A DNA stretch of 64,000 nucleotides. Origin: Monocercomonoides exilis PA203 (lineage: Eukaryota > Protista > Preaxostyla). The DNA is taken from positions 310,001 to 374,000 of the forward strand of contig LSRY02000026.1 of NCBI GenBank assembly GCA_001643675.2. The letters run 5' to 3'. Of the stretch, positions 23,760-37,684 are shown in pieces. Positions within the stretch are counted from its first letter, which is position 1. Each line of letters begins with the position of its first letter. The notes under the pieces were generated by a model. That model had not been told where the DNA came from and ran no database searches. It saw nothing but the letters and a program-made list of their open reading frames with translations. Position numbers and translations under genes: made by a program.

Positions 23760-25377
23760 AATAAAAAATAGTGCACAGCTGAAAATGTCGAACAACAAGA
23801 CGCACATTGTGAAGGGATTATCCAGAGAACATTAGTTACAAAATATCGTGTAAAGTTATAAGGAAAAAGAGCCTAACTTTGCCACAAGATTATAATACAA
23901 AACACGGAAGCAGATGCACTCAGCCGGATGGCGAAAAAGCCGGACAATGCACTGAAGGGGGAGAAAGTCACAGAGATATTACAAATATTCGCACTTAGAA
24001 CACTAGATACAATTTCAAACCCGATTGCTCCTGTGCCCTGGGGAACTATTTGTTAACTATCCTCTCTGAGAAAAAAGAAAGAGAGAAAGAAATGTCAGAA
24101 GACGAGATAGTGCTAGTCCGTTTCTAAGAAACATCGGATTGACCTCCAAAGAGATGAGAAATAATGACTAGAAGTTACCCCCATGAGAAGTCATAAGTGT
24201 TAGACTGGCGAGAAAAATATATTAGAAGGGAACTTTTTCAAACATGGGGAGATGACGTTGGAGTGAAGGATATATCAGCAGCAATATTGACTAATCAAAA
24301 GAACGAAAGGGATACGTGGAGAGCGCTGAGGAATTTTTAACAATTATCAGATAGAGAAAGAATAGATGATACTGACCCCCTCACAACCAAAGATGCCATG
24401 TGGAACTTGTAAAAGTCTATTGAAACCCTATCAAATACAAACCTTTCAAGTGGAGTGATTTATAAAACTGTGTGAAAAGCATATAATTCTACATATTTTT
24501 GGAAACTTATGTGTGAAAGAAGATGAGTGAAGGCAAGCGATATAAATCAATGTTTGATTTAACAATTATTACCAAATGGGTGGAAACCACCTACGATATG
24601 AAAGACCCACAAATACTCCAGAGGAGAGCTCTCATCCTCACCATGATTTTTGGAACCTTAAGGCCAGCAGAGCTGGAAAGAATGAGAAGTGATACAATAA
24701 TATTTAAAGATTATTTAGTCCAGACACAAGTACAAACAAAAACATCCGGGGGAGAGAAGGTTAAGGTTATCATAGATAAACATACAAACCCACGTATAGA
24801 TGCTGTTGCAGCGCTCCAACGTTGGGGAGAATTTACAAAGACAACGTTCAAGGATGAACATGTGTGGTTTGATATTTGTGAGAATCAACCTGCGAATTTG
24901 CAGAGAATCAAAGAAGAGTTAACAGCAATTCTGAGAGAGAACGGAATACCGGAAACATTTACCTCGTACTCGATTAGACATGCAGTGACAACGCGCTTTG
25001 CTAAAAAAGAAGGTGCAGATTGGAAAGCGATCAATGTGTACGCGAGATGGGCTCCAGGTTCAAGAGTGATCCAGGAATATTATAATGTGTTACCTATTCA
25101 AAATACAAAATAAATTCTTGATACAATCGGCGGCCTAGTACCCCTTGCGAAAAAGGGAGACAAGTAGGAGAAGGACAGCGAGAGAGAGGATATAAGAAAT
25201 GAGAATACAGAATTGGGAATGAAGGAATACACAAGAGAGAATTCACAAGCTGGGGGAGAAGTGGATATGAACAGGAGGAAGAGGTCGAAGAGACGAGGAC
25301 CAATTCGAGATAAGAATATACGGAATGAAAGTGAAATAGCTCAACTTCCCAAAGGTGAGGAAACACCCCGAATAATA
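23760..25377 (+). mobile_element. Fragment of a second YR-retrotransposon family (RNase H remnant plus tyrosine recombinase)
   Basis: NTEADALSRM (RNase H C-terminal motif) is encoded near 23901-23930, followed by a YR ORF. Boundaries are approximate. Confidence 0.65.
24523..25113 (+). CDS. Tyrosine recombinase catalytic domain
   Basis: LRPAEL, TKT, YSIRHA, ARW and EYY follow the R-K-(H)xxR-W-Y pattern. Confidence 0.8.
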   Translation: MSEGKRYKSMFDLTIITKWVETTYDMKDPQILQRRALILTMIFGTLRPAELERMRSDTIIFKDYLVQTQVQTKTSGGEKVKVIIDKHTNPRIDAVAALQRWGEFTKTTFKDEHVWFDICENQPANLQRIKEELTAILRENGIPETFTSYSIRHAVTTRFAKKEGADWKAINVYARWAPGSRVIQEYYNVLPIQNTK

Positions 25378-25827
25378 CAGTCAAAACCGGATATAATCAC
25401 ATCGAATACAATCACATTCGTTTATAGTCACATTTTTCCTTGCACCGACATTTTTTGCTTGTTTTTCATTCATTTTTCATCGCATATAATCACAGGGCTG
25501 AAAATATATAATCACGTTTTTTATCATAATGGGTGACTTTTTCAATGAAAAATCGATTTTTTGATCAAAAATCTCAAATTTTCGCGTTTTCAAAAATGTG
25601 CTCAAATAAGTTCAAATAATATGCAATTATGCAAAAAATTAATTTCGCAAGAGTAAAATGCGTTATGATGAAGAATTTTCAAAAATGAAAAAATCGACCC
25701 AAAATTAATTAATTAATTAATTAATTTTTATTTTTTTCTGTGTTAAGTCACATCGCTTATAATCACAATCGGATATAGTCACAAAAAGTCGTGCAAAAAC
25801 CGATGTGATTATATCCGGTTTTGACTG
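25378..25827. mobile_element. 450-bp Tc1/mariner-pogo-type MITE
   Basis: Perfect 27-bp TIR CAGTCAAAACCGGATATAATCACATCG at 25378-25404 and 25801-25827. TA TSD at 25376-25377 and 25828-25829. Subterminal TA(A/G)TCACA repeats. Confidence 0.92.
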
Positions 25828-26017
25828 TATCCCGCAGCATCATGGAGCTGACGGAGGGCAGACAGACTGCCTTGCAGAAGAAGCTTGATACTGATCGGAG
25901 GAAGCGCGGAGAGAGAAGCATAGGACAAATTGTCAGGACCGCAGAAACATCTAAAACACGATTAATGACACAACGAAAACACACCAAGAAAGGGAGAGAG
26001 AAAAGAAAGGTTCCACA

Positions 26018-26248
26018 CCTTCATCCGCAGTCCCTCTTCTCATCAGCCGCACGACATAGTGTTAGGCAGGAGGGTTTAATATCAGAAGAGAAAAGAGAGC
26101 GAAAGGTTTCAGGACTCATTATTGAGGAGCAAACCTGCTCCTTGCGTCCATAGATTTGCTCTATTGCGAATTAATAAAAATGCAGTGAGACAGGTTTGCT
26201 CCGAAATAATACGAACGCGGATGGAGAGACTCAAAGCGGCTGGGTGCG
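26018..26248 (+). ncRNA. Candidate pseudoknotted structured RNA, copy 1
   Basis: Stems ttcatccgc/gcggatgga, ccctctt/aggaggg and ggagcaaacctg/caggtttgctcc, plus crossing pair cagccgc/gcggctg. Differences from copy 2 mostly preserve pairing. Confidence 0.5.
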
Positions 26249-26676
26249 TAAGAGAGAGAAACATGTTCGGATGAATATGACGAGAAAAAAGAGGAGAGAA
26301 AGCAGAGGAGATGAAAAATTGAACTGAAAAGACATTAGATGCTGGGGGAGAAGAAGATATGAGGAAGGAGAAAGTGGCCAAAGAAACGAGACTTATAGCT
26401 TAGAGAAGAGAGAAAGCAATGAGAAATCACTCAATCACAACACAACTTATTCTAATCACTCAAGTGGCGGAGAACACCCCTCATAATTCCCAGCAGCGGA
26501 AGCGAACTGACTGGAAGCAGACACACTGCCTCACTGAGAAAGAAGGGCACAGATCGGAGGAAGCATGGAGAAAGAAGTCAAGGTTATATGATAAAGAACT
26601 CAAGAGGAACGAATTCCCGGTCGAGAACACCTCGGAAACACATCAAGAAATAAAGGGAGCAGAGACAAGGGCTGTA

Positions 26677-26942
26677 CCTTCATCAGAAGGCTCTCTAAAC
26701 ATCCGCCGCACGATGACGTGCTAGACAGGAGGGTTTAAGATCATAATAAATAAATAAATAAATATAAAACTAAATAAGAATAAAAATATAACTATAGGGC
26801 TTTCAAGACTCATTATTGAGGAGCAAACCTGCTCCTTGCGTTCGTAGATTCGCTTTATTGCGAATTGATAGAACGCAGTGAGACAGGATTTGCTCCGAGA
26901 TTATACGAATGCTGATGGAGAGACTCAAAGCGGCTGTGTGCG
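26677..26942 (+). ncRNA. Candidate pseudoknotted structured RNA, copy 2
   Basis: Same stems with a compensatory change (catcag/ctgatg). An AT-rich length expansion is confined to a linker. Confidence 0.5.
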
Positions 26943-27754
26943 AAGGAAAACAACATGCTATTAAGAGGATGACGAGAAAAAAGAGGCGAGAAAGCAGAGG
27001 AGATGGAAAAAGATCAACCGCCCGAAGTCAAAAGAGTGCACCTGCAACCTACATAGAGAAACATGGAAACGAATAAAAAGTCCAAGCATGATCCTACTCC
27101 TTAACAAGATTATTATTGTTTATTTAAGAGAAGAATTTTATTTAAAAAATGCAGTGTGTGATGATTAGGATTGCAATGCAAATACAGCAGAAGAGCGGGA
27201 GGCAGAGCGCTGCACAAGCAGTTTTCTTTTCCACGCCTTGTGAAAGCACCAGTGGTTTTTCTTTTTGCTCCGACCAGAATACTCGCCTCACCTGATCCCT
27301 GCACTGACTGCAGGAGACAGCCCCGAGGGGCAATGTCTCCTGCCCTCTGGTCTTCGTGACCAAGGCGAAAAGGCGAAGAAGGTGGTGAAGTGAAGCGGAC
27401 AATGCATTGTTTTATTATACAATTTTTTTTGTTATTGATTTGAATTTAATCTCGCCCTTTTTCCACGTCATATTTGGGAGGGCGGAGTTCTCACTTAAAC
27501 CACCCATAAATCGTGATCAATACTCATTATCTCGGAGGTGATCTGTATATCTGCGTTTTACTAATTATGTTCTTTGTTCTGTTCTTGATAAAATCATAAT
27601 CAAACAGAAACTCAAATGAAGTTGTGAATTCCTAAATAAAGTGAGTATAATTGAATATAGTGTATCTTTGTCAAATAAATCAATATTTTATTTGCATAAA
27701 ATGAAGTTATTCAAAATGAAATTTTTTATTCAAATTTCATCTAATTTGTCATTC

Positions 27755-27840
27755 TTTTTGAATAGTCACAAACGTTTTATTGATCTGAATAAAAGATCAC
27801 AAATGATCAAAAAATGTTAATCATTCCATTCCCATAATAT
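27755..27840. repeat. Dispersed AT-rich repeat, also at about 43285-43375 (+) and 50555-50635 (-)
   Basis: Shared core tttgaa(a/t)agtcacaaa...attgatctgaa...agatcac...atcattcc. Confidence 0.6.
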
Positions 27841-28748
27841 TAAGTGAAATATTTTATATTATTGTTAACAAATGATACACAAATATTGTTTCGATAACGC
27901 TAATTTCATACGAAGTTAGCCTATGTGACATGACAAATAAAAAAAGTTGTGTCACTCATATTCGATCATTGTGACACATAATATATTCATCAAATAAATT
28001 ATTGAGTTAATCGAAAATAAGATTTTGATAATTTTTTAACAGAAACAATGACAAACATTTGTTTTTGAAGTAGTAAATTTGTATTAAAAACCATTAATAA
28101 ACATTAATTATAGTCAGTGTAAATTATTGTGGACACTTTCAATAACTGTGGACAATGATTTTCATTGTGGGACAATTTGATCAAAAATTTTGAAAGTTTT
28201 AAAAGAATTTTTTTTTCTATTTGAAAATTATTTTTTTAATTCAAATGCGTGATGCATTTAAGTTGATTCAACTAAACGAACTTTAGATTTCGGTGATTTA
28301 ACATTGATGAAATAGTTATTTTGTGGAAAACAATTCCGCTTCTTTGGATTTGGAAGTTGCACATAACAAAATGTTATATTTGTTTAAATAATAAATAATA
28401 ATAATGACAAAATAATACTGTAAAAAGATGAAAATATCAAGAACATGTTTAGGGTCAGAAATTTATCTGTACCCGAAAAATTAATAGGGACCTAAATTTT
28501 CTGGCTCTCAAGAGCACTTTCAGAAAAAAAGAAATAATAGAAAATTATTAATATATTATAATAAACTATTTCTGAAAATATTTTTTTCAGATTTTTATTT
28601 TAGAGAAAAGATCTGGCGTTTTTTGTTTTATTTTTAAGATCAAAGACTTGCTCATATTTCAACGAGCTTTTTGTTTTGAGATTTTTAAGTGTTGTTATTG
28701 TTATTGAACATAACTTTTTTACAATTTTGGTTATTTTTCATTGTTTAA

Positions 28749-29120
28749 CACTTCGTTATTTTATTGTTTTTTCCATTTCACTAAATTTCAATAAAATGAT
28801 AAAAAAATTTGAAATTTTTGTTGCCATGTTTTTGTTAGTTGAATAGTAGTTTTTAAAACTGATTGAGATGTGTACCACCTCAATTTTGAAATGAAAAAAT
28901 ACGATTTGAAGTTTTAAACACAAAAATACACAAAAACAAGTATTTTTGTATTATAATCACGATCACAAAAATATAAAGATTTTCTTCTTTTTGTATATTT
29001 TCATTTGTTGATAATTTATATGTTTTATCTTTTTAATTAACGAAAAAACTTATTTATTTATATGTATTCTTCAATTTGTCGAAATTCAGTGAAATGCTAA
29101 AATAATAAAATAACGAAGTG
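28749..29120. mobile_element. 372-bp MITE-like element, possibly piggyBac-like
   Basis: Imperfect TIR of about 40 bp, CACTTCGTTATTTTATT...CATTTCACT(A/G)AATTTC. Flanks are TTAA on the left and TTTA on the right. Confidence 0.6.
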
Positions 29121-30689
29121 TTTAATATAAACCTGTCTGACGTATCGAAAAAAAAATTTTCACGTCAATCAGTAATTTTCCAGTGTTTTATTTATTTATT
29201 TATTTTTATTTTATTTTATTTTTATTATTTTATTTAACTTCTTTTGAGGAAAGAATGATTATTTTTGTGTGAGTATTAATTTTTTGAACTTTATTTGTTC
29301 TTTTTAATTTTTAAATATATCCAAAATTGTTTTTTTCCCATATCCCATAAATTTATTTCAGTTATATTTTTCGAATGAATTGTTCTTTAATAAGATTTGT
29401 GATGCATGGATTGTGCAATAATGTGGATTTTGCTCTTGTGCATTTATTTTATGTAATACATATGGGTCATTATTTTTGAAATCATACAATTTTTCGGTCC
29501 TTGAATTTTGCAACAAATCAACAATGTTTTTCAATTTTAATCGAATTCAATGTGTTGTTTTTGGTATTTTCTTTTCATTTCCTATTCATTTTGATGTTTT
29601 TAAATTTTTTTTATCATTTATTTTTGGCTTTGATCAAATATGATATATATAAAATTTTTTTCTAAATATTGCATTTCAGAAAATATTTTTCTTCAAGTCA
29701 TTCATTTGAACGATAAAAAGAAACCATCATTTCTGTGGTTGCTGAGGATGCGAAAAGCGAAATTGACATTGAGCATTTGGATTCAGCAAGGATTTCTTGT
29801 TTAAAATGCAATAATTGGTTTGTCCAAATCATTTGCTTTTCTGTGTTTGAATACTGAAGAGTTTATTGAAAAGAAAGAAGAATTATTTCTATTTTTTTCA
29901 ATAAATTGATCTCTTAGGTGAAATATTGAATATGAAAGAGAAAATTTCGAAATTTGAAAGAATGACAGAAAAAGAATGTTTGAGTTGTTGATAAAAGTGA
30001 AAAAGGTGATGAATCTATCATTTGAATAAGAAAATGAAACGAATGAAGAGATAACAAGAAAACAAAGGTTTTGAGCGTTTTTGTTTTGTATTTCTTATTC
30101 ACCGTTTATGGAATTTAGAATATTCTGGATTCACTCACAGTATGATTTAATCATTAAATAAGGTTATTAATCATTTCATAGAAATCTGTTATTACAACAT
30201 TTAACAGATGAGAAGAGTCCGCTTAACCGAACACATATTAGTTGATACCTTGCTGATAAACCGAACTTATTTTGTTGTTTTGGATTAGTGAAAACAAACA
30301 GCATAGCATTTCAATGTGACATATGAATATCTGGAATTTTTTATGAACGTTTTTTGGAGATTGAAAGGAATACAAGTTAATCAAATTGGCAAAGCCTAAA
30401 TAAGCCTTCAGAAATGGATTTTTTCTAACAAATGGAAAAAGAAGGATATTAATAATTAATAGCAAGTTTCAATGAATCATGATCATTTCAAGCAGTTGGG
30501 AACAAATATTTCCTCACACACAAAAATCAGTCTAATCATTCCATGATCGACTGAGGAAATGCATTGAAATTAGCTGATCAAAAATGTGATTTTTATATTG
30601 TCTCATTTCACAATATTATAAATAATCAATAATCTTCTGGATTTTTGATACTGAAATATTTTGAGAATGCTTCATTTTTGAATTTGTAA

Positions 30690-30762
30690 AAACAAAACAA
30701 AACAAAACAAAACAAAACAAAACAAAACAAAACAAAACAAAACAAAACAAAACAAAACAAAA
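30690..30762. repeat. (AAAAC)n microsatellite
   Basis: Pure pentamer run. Confidence 0.95.
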
Positions 30763-32989
30763 GAAAGAAAGAAGAAGAAAATAATAGAAAGAAAGAAAAA
30801 TAAAAATTGATAACCTTATTTTTATTTTCTTTTTCTTTTTTTCCACATTCATTTTCCTTTCATTCAAGTTCCATGAGAATTCTGATTTGTATTCATTTGC
30901 AATCGGACTGAATGTGCAAAGTGCTGATGTTCCATTCGATTCACAACTCCAGTTCTGCTAATCCAATCATCCCTCTCCTCCCCAGACCTCTGGCTATCCC
31001 TCCACAAATCATGAAACTTAAATCACCCAATGCCGTGGATGAATATTGCGAAAGTTCGTTCATCACATCATCTTCAGAAAACCTGCTTGTTCTTATGTGT
31101 TTGTGTGTGTAGGAATCCAGTGGTGGAACTGATCGAAGAATGACTTGCTTTTGGAATTCAAAAGAAACAATTGAACTTTTGAAATTTTTGAAGCATCTGA
31201 TGATCAAGTACGAAATGAAACAGATTTCAAAGCTTCAAAACTGTACAATAAGAAACTTGTTGTTGAATTCTTGCTTACCTCTAATTATGAAACAAACTCC
31301 AAATGAAGTTATCAAAATCCACTTCTTTCCACCTTTTTCTCTTCTTCTTCGCATTTGCCGCCTTTTTCTGTGCTTCTTCGATCGCTTTCGCATGATTCAT
31401 TTTTTCTTCCATTTGACAAGTCTGTTTTCGACTGGTTTTCTGAATTTTCACTGGAAAAAAACTGCTCTGAAAGTTGGAATAAAACTCCTGATAAATCTTT
31501 TAAAAGATTATTGAAGAAGAAGATATCATAATGCCATTCGGAAAATTAGCTCCAGTGAAGATTGAAAGAATGGTGACTAAAACATCTGATTGGGAAAAAA
31601 AGGCGATGATACAATAATTGTGATGAAAAAGAAGAAAGGAATCATAAACACATTTGTGCTTTAACAAATTTGCAGTTATTCTTAAATCGCGAATTGAAGG
31701 TCAATTGCTGCAACTGTTTTCGATTCATATGCTTCATAAATTGACACATCATCATTTCTTTCTCTTTTGGTTCTGTGCATTCCGCCTGTTCGTCTCCAAT
31801 CCATTTGTCTTGTGCTATCAGAATTGACACTCTCCTCAATAAGATGTATTCATGTGAATAAGTTTTGCAAAATCAACAACCTGTATTTGCAAAAATACTT
31901 TCAACTTATACAACGTCCTTTTATCTGATCAGAGTTTTCAAACATTTTGCTGTTCTTTTTATTTTTCCTCTTTTTTTCTTCTTCCTTGTTCTCCTCTTGT
32001 TCAGATGGAGGTTTTGATTCAATTCAACTATTTCAAAGTCATCATATCCGCTTTAGAGCTAAAAGTTTCATTTTCTCTTCAATTGTAATCAAATGAAGCA
32101 TCAAGCGAATTAAAACAAGAACAAGCGAACGCAGAGAAGGATAAAATAGAAAAGGTTTTGAAACAAAAAGAGAAAATGAGGAGAAGTGAAAATGAGGAAC
32201 ATGAAGAGGAAGTTTGTTAATGAGAAGAAAGAGGCTCAGTACATTCAATTCAACGAATCGCCATCTTTGTCACTTTCTATCTGAAACGTTATGGAACCTT
32301 ATTCACCTGTTTCAGCATTTCTCTCTGACGCGGTTTAGCTTTTGTCTTCTTTATCATCTTTGCTATATGTTCAATTTTGTTCTGTATCATCCTCATCTTC
32401 ATTTGCACTGATTATCATGTATATATATAAGGCAGTCAATGGAGACGTTGAAGAAAAACATGAAGAGAATGATTTTTCTTCTTTGTATTCATCAATTACA
32501 AGCTGTGTTTGCTTTTCCTTCTCTTTTGTATTCACTTTTTTGACTGTTTCTTTTGTTTCTTCTTTCGTTTTTTGTTTGGCTGAAGAAGAAAAAACAGAAG
32601 AAGAGGATGATGAAGAAGAAAAAGAAGATAAAAAAAGAACGAAGAGAAAGAGGATGAAAATGAGGAAAAGGAAAATGATGAGGTGGAGGAAGAGGAATAT
32701 GAAGAGGAAGATGAAAAGGAAGAAGAGAAGATAAGAATAAAAGTGAAGGAAAATGCGTTGAAGAATGAATGAATCGGAGTTACACGTATTGCTAAAAAAG
32801 ACTCTTTTCTGATCGTTATCAAATTCTTCCTCTCGTCTTCTTCTTCTTCTTTTGTTTCCTTTCTTTTTCTGACTAAACAAATGCAATTTCCGAAAAATCT
32901 GAATTCGAAAAAGCTCTTTTGATTCAAACGAATGTTAAATAATATGAAATGTTAAAAGAAAAATTGTCATCATAAAATTTTCTGTAAAA

Positions 32990-34230
32990 AAATCAAATAT
33001 TTCATGAAAGCTTGTGATAATATTCTCGCGTCCTTCTTTTTCCATCTTTTAAAACACTTTCCTCATTATCGTTTTTCTTTTCACTTCTCCAATTTCATCT
33101 TTTTCCTTTCTTTTCAATAGCATTGAAATATTCAGGAAAAACACCAAAAATTGATATGTCAATCTATCATCCAATGTTGGCCTCTGAATCCCCTCCAAAA
33201 AAAGACCAAAAGCTCCTATGTTCACCAAGTCTTCATTTTCGACAACTCTCCTTTCTGCCATATTTCTCAAGGAAAAAATGCACCAGTAGCAAATTCCCCT
33301 GTGGTTATCCTTTGCTGCTCGAAATAACTGAACAAGACTGTTGATAAGTCCAACGTATTCTTCATTCCACAATCGACAACTGCTGGTAAAAATCTCAAGT
33401 GTTTGGATCCATCTCCGAATTACTAGCTCTTCATTCGCTTCTTCTTTGCTCATTTTCTCAAATTTATTCTTCCAATTCAAGCACTTTGTTAGCTCTTCCA
33501 GTTCTCTTGCTGCTTCTCTAGCAAAGTGTAATTCGTTCACAATAACTCTTTCCAAGCTTTTGTCTTTGTAAAATCTGTCTATCAAAAATTGCCAAATTGA
33601 TTGATAGACAAGCCTTGTAATATTCTAATTTTCCTGATGATGTTCGATCATTTCTTTGATTTGCTTTAAACGCAGTTCTCTTTTCATTTCCTATGCAAAA
33701 AAGGAAGAAAAAAAGTTTATAGTAAAAGGAAATAATAATGTTTATTCATTAAATCTGATGTAGCTCAAAGTCAGCAATGCCATTTCCACTTCCATTTGAG
33801 TTTCTTCGCTTTCTTTTTTCTTCAAGGCAATTTTCAGGAGATAAGGCACACAAATTGATTACAAATCCGATGAAATTCCACACTTGAGCAAAACAAAGCA
33901 CTCGCAAAGATCAGTCAGAAGCTTTTCATTCTTTTCATCTTTTTTCTTTTCTTCTTCAATAATCATCTTTTTAAATTTTCTGTGCAGCAAAGAATTATTA
34001 ACGTCATAACTCCACAAGAACAAAAGAACTTCGCAAAATCCAATATGCTTCAACAACCCAATGACATTTTCCATTGACAGTTTCTTTTCTTCGATCATTT
34101 TGTCAATTTTTTGAACAGATCTGTTGAGACTACAGAACCAAATTCTTTTTCATTCATTACTTCCATTAGCAAATTAATCCCTTCTATTATTTTTTCTGTT
34201 CAATTTCTAAGCTTCGCTCTTATTCAGAAA
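32990..34230 (-). pseudogene. Decayed member of a lineage-expanded helical protein family
   Basis: Fragments MIEEKKLSMEN...LLKHIG, MIIEEEKKKDEKNEKLLTDLCECF and VIVNELHFAREAARELEEL, broken by stops and a probable intron near 33690-33760. Recognised from memory as typical of oxymonad multicopy genes. Confidence 0.55.
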
Positions 34231-36269
34231 ACAACTCTTCAAAAATAAAAATGAGAAAAGAAACGGATCATTAAGAATTGAATTCCATAAAAAATTGGAT
34301 ACCATTGAATTTTATTGAGCTTTCCATCTCCTGCATTTTCGAAAACAGATTGCATTCGGAAAACACAAAAAATTTCGTCATTCACGTTGAATGAACAAAT
34401 GTTTGGATAGAAGAAAGATGCATAAATTTTATCACAAAATAGCAATAGAAAAATATGTGTGTTTATTCTATTCTTTCTTTTGTTGACATTTTTTAAAAGC
34501 AACTGTGGATAAAATAACGATTCATTATTAATCTTTATTTGTAATGGATTCAATGATCATCATATTTGAAAGAACGGAATTATCCATTCATAGAATGAGA
34601 ATTCCGTGAGTGAACATCACCTATAGAACTTAGAATATTATTTCCTGTAAAGGCAACAAGAAATGAGGCAATACAATATTTTTGAAATTCTGTCTGATGA
34701 TTTTTGTCAATTGGAAGATAGAAGAAATACAACAATTTTACCAATAACACAAAAAGACATAATAGATGTGATTTTTATTTTTCTATTGATTGTGAAGATG
34801 TTTCCGTCTGTATCATTTCCAAAGTGCAGGAATATGAGTTATTGTTGAAATGGCCAATCCCCGCTTTGTGGAGCAATACGATGAGAACGGAGCAGATTAT
34901 TATATAGACATTGGGGATCAAATGAAGTTTCGCAAAGGCCATGATTTTTATTTGGAACAAGAGGTGAAAACAAAATTCACTGATATTTAATTCAATAATG
35001 ACAATAAGAAAGAATTTTGTGAAAGGACAAAATCTGCACAAAATTATATAGCATTTTGGAATTTAATGCAGGGAGAACAGTTTTTTGGCAAGGAAAGTGG
35101 GAGGCAATATCGAGAGAAGGATATTAATCACAAAAAAGGCAATAAATCAACGAAAAAAGGAGAACCCCAAAATATCAATTATATATATAAGGTTTTCCTG
35201 TTTCTCGGACTGCGCCAGGTAGACATGGAAAGTGACCAATTTCTATTTCTGATTCCGCTTTTGCTTCAAAAAAAATGAGAAACGCCAAGTACGAGTCATC
35301 CAATTATCGAATATTAGTTGGTAGTCGAACAACATTCTGTACGACTGCAACTGGATTTCATTCTTCGAAGGGACAGCCATTTTGAGCAAGCAATGTGATT
35401 ATCATTCGAAGTTTGCTTTCTTCGACGCCACAGCCAATGAAAGAGAATTTGATGGCTTTTGCTTTCATCGTTTGTTTTTCAACAAAGCTGTTGTTTCGCT
35501 CAGCTTCTATGTTTGTACATGGTCCATTGAATTTTGTGCATTGTGCATCAGAGAATGCATTTCAGAAGCATTGTCATTTGCATCATGAGTGTTGATGAAT
35601 GAATGCCAACCTTTCCATCCATCTTCCTCCTCTTCGCTGTTGAAGTACAGCCAACTCATTCTCTTCGTTTTCATCAGGGTTTATCTTCCTCATCCGCAAT
35701 CTCGTTGGCATTTGATGCCTTCCAATCACGCAGGCCGAAGAGCGACGTCCTTCAAGCACAGAAAGATGAGCATCTCTTCCTTCCTCTGCGGCTAAATTTC
35801 GTCTGCTCCAATCTGCCGATCGTTGTCGTCTATTTCTTCTTCCCCTTTTTCTTCTGTGAAGCGAGTTTGGCGAATGCCCAAAAGCACAAAGTGTGGTCAT
35901 TCAAGCCACAAGCACCCAAAGTCTGCAAACGCTATTTTTTTTATTTTCGCTGGAGATTATCTTCTATCTTCTTTATTTTTTTTTATTTCAAGATTTTGAA
36001 GGATGGAAAAAGCGAAGCAAAAAAACATCAATTTTCAATGTTTCTTTTTTTGTTGAAGGAGGGAGAAAGATGTCGGAGAGGAGGGACAGGGCAGGATGGA
36101 GAGAAGAAGAGGAAGAATACAAAGATGCAGAGGCACGTAACGAAATTTGGTTATTTTAGAATTCATTTCACTCCTGCAAAAAAAGAACAAACCACTCCCG
36201 CAGAGGCGACGGCTGCTCAGGTAATGCAGTTCTCTTTGTAGCTTTGCATCTTTGTCCGAAGTTAGTATG

Positions 36270-37010
<741 letters not shown>

Positions 37011-37684
37011 ATCGAATAAAGATTTGAAAACAATTTCACCTGAACTGAGTTCAGATGGAGTAAAGAAGGTAATATCGCCTAATGATTCATCATCCATCTT
37101 TTTCGTATTTCTTCACGTTTTCTTCCTCACCAATTCTTCGAAATTAACAACATGTAGTTCAAACAGAAGTTGTCCAGATTAAACCTTCCAATTTAACTTT
37201 TCCTCCTCCTTCTTTTTCCTCTTCCTTTTCCTCTAATTCTTTTTTCAACATATTCATCTCCAAAAATTAATTTAATCCGATTTCATTAGCTAAGTTAACA
37301 AATTCAAACATAATCATCCTCCCTTGCTGTACAGACGACTCAATTCAAATTGTTTTTTTGACATTTTTTCTCTGTTCTTGTATTTTTGATGATTTGTTAT
37401 TTCTGATCTTTATGATGTGGACAATTCTTCATATGAATCTTTATTTGAACTGCACGAACCGAAATGCTTCTGCTTTTCTTTTTAAATGTATGTTCTAATA
37501 TGTTCAATCGTATCATATTGATCACATGCCTTCAAAGTCATCAGAACATTTCATATAATTCATTGGAAGAAAAAACTTAAAAATTGAAGCTTTCTTAGAA
37601 AAATTGAAATAAAAAGTCAAAAAATTCATAAAAAGCACATATCAGCTTTTATATTTTCATCTGTCATTCAGCATTTTGTAAATA

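Larger units (their letters stand above)
25830..27010 (+). repeat. Diverged tandem duplication, unit about 660 bp, downstream of the YR ORF
   Basis: Shared blocks such as gactcattattgaggagcaaacctgctccttgcgt, gatggagagactcaaagcggctg and gatcggaggaagc. The offset is 659 nt at 26018/26677. Confidence 0.85.

Noticed and set aside
26018-26942. Hammerhead, group I intron, U3 or RNase P identity for the structured repeat
   Set aside because: Only isolated short motifs match (CTGATGA, catccgcag, gagact). The required partner motifs and their order are missing or not shared by both copies.
35382-35588. MULE transposase fragment (FFDAT)
   Set aside because: A single short motif with no supporting residues.
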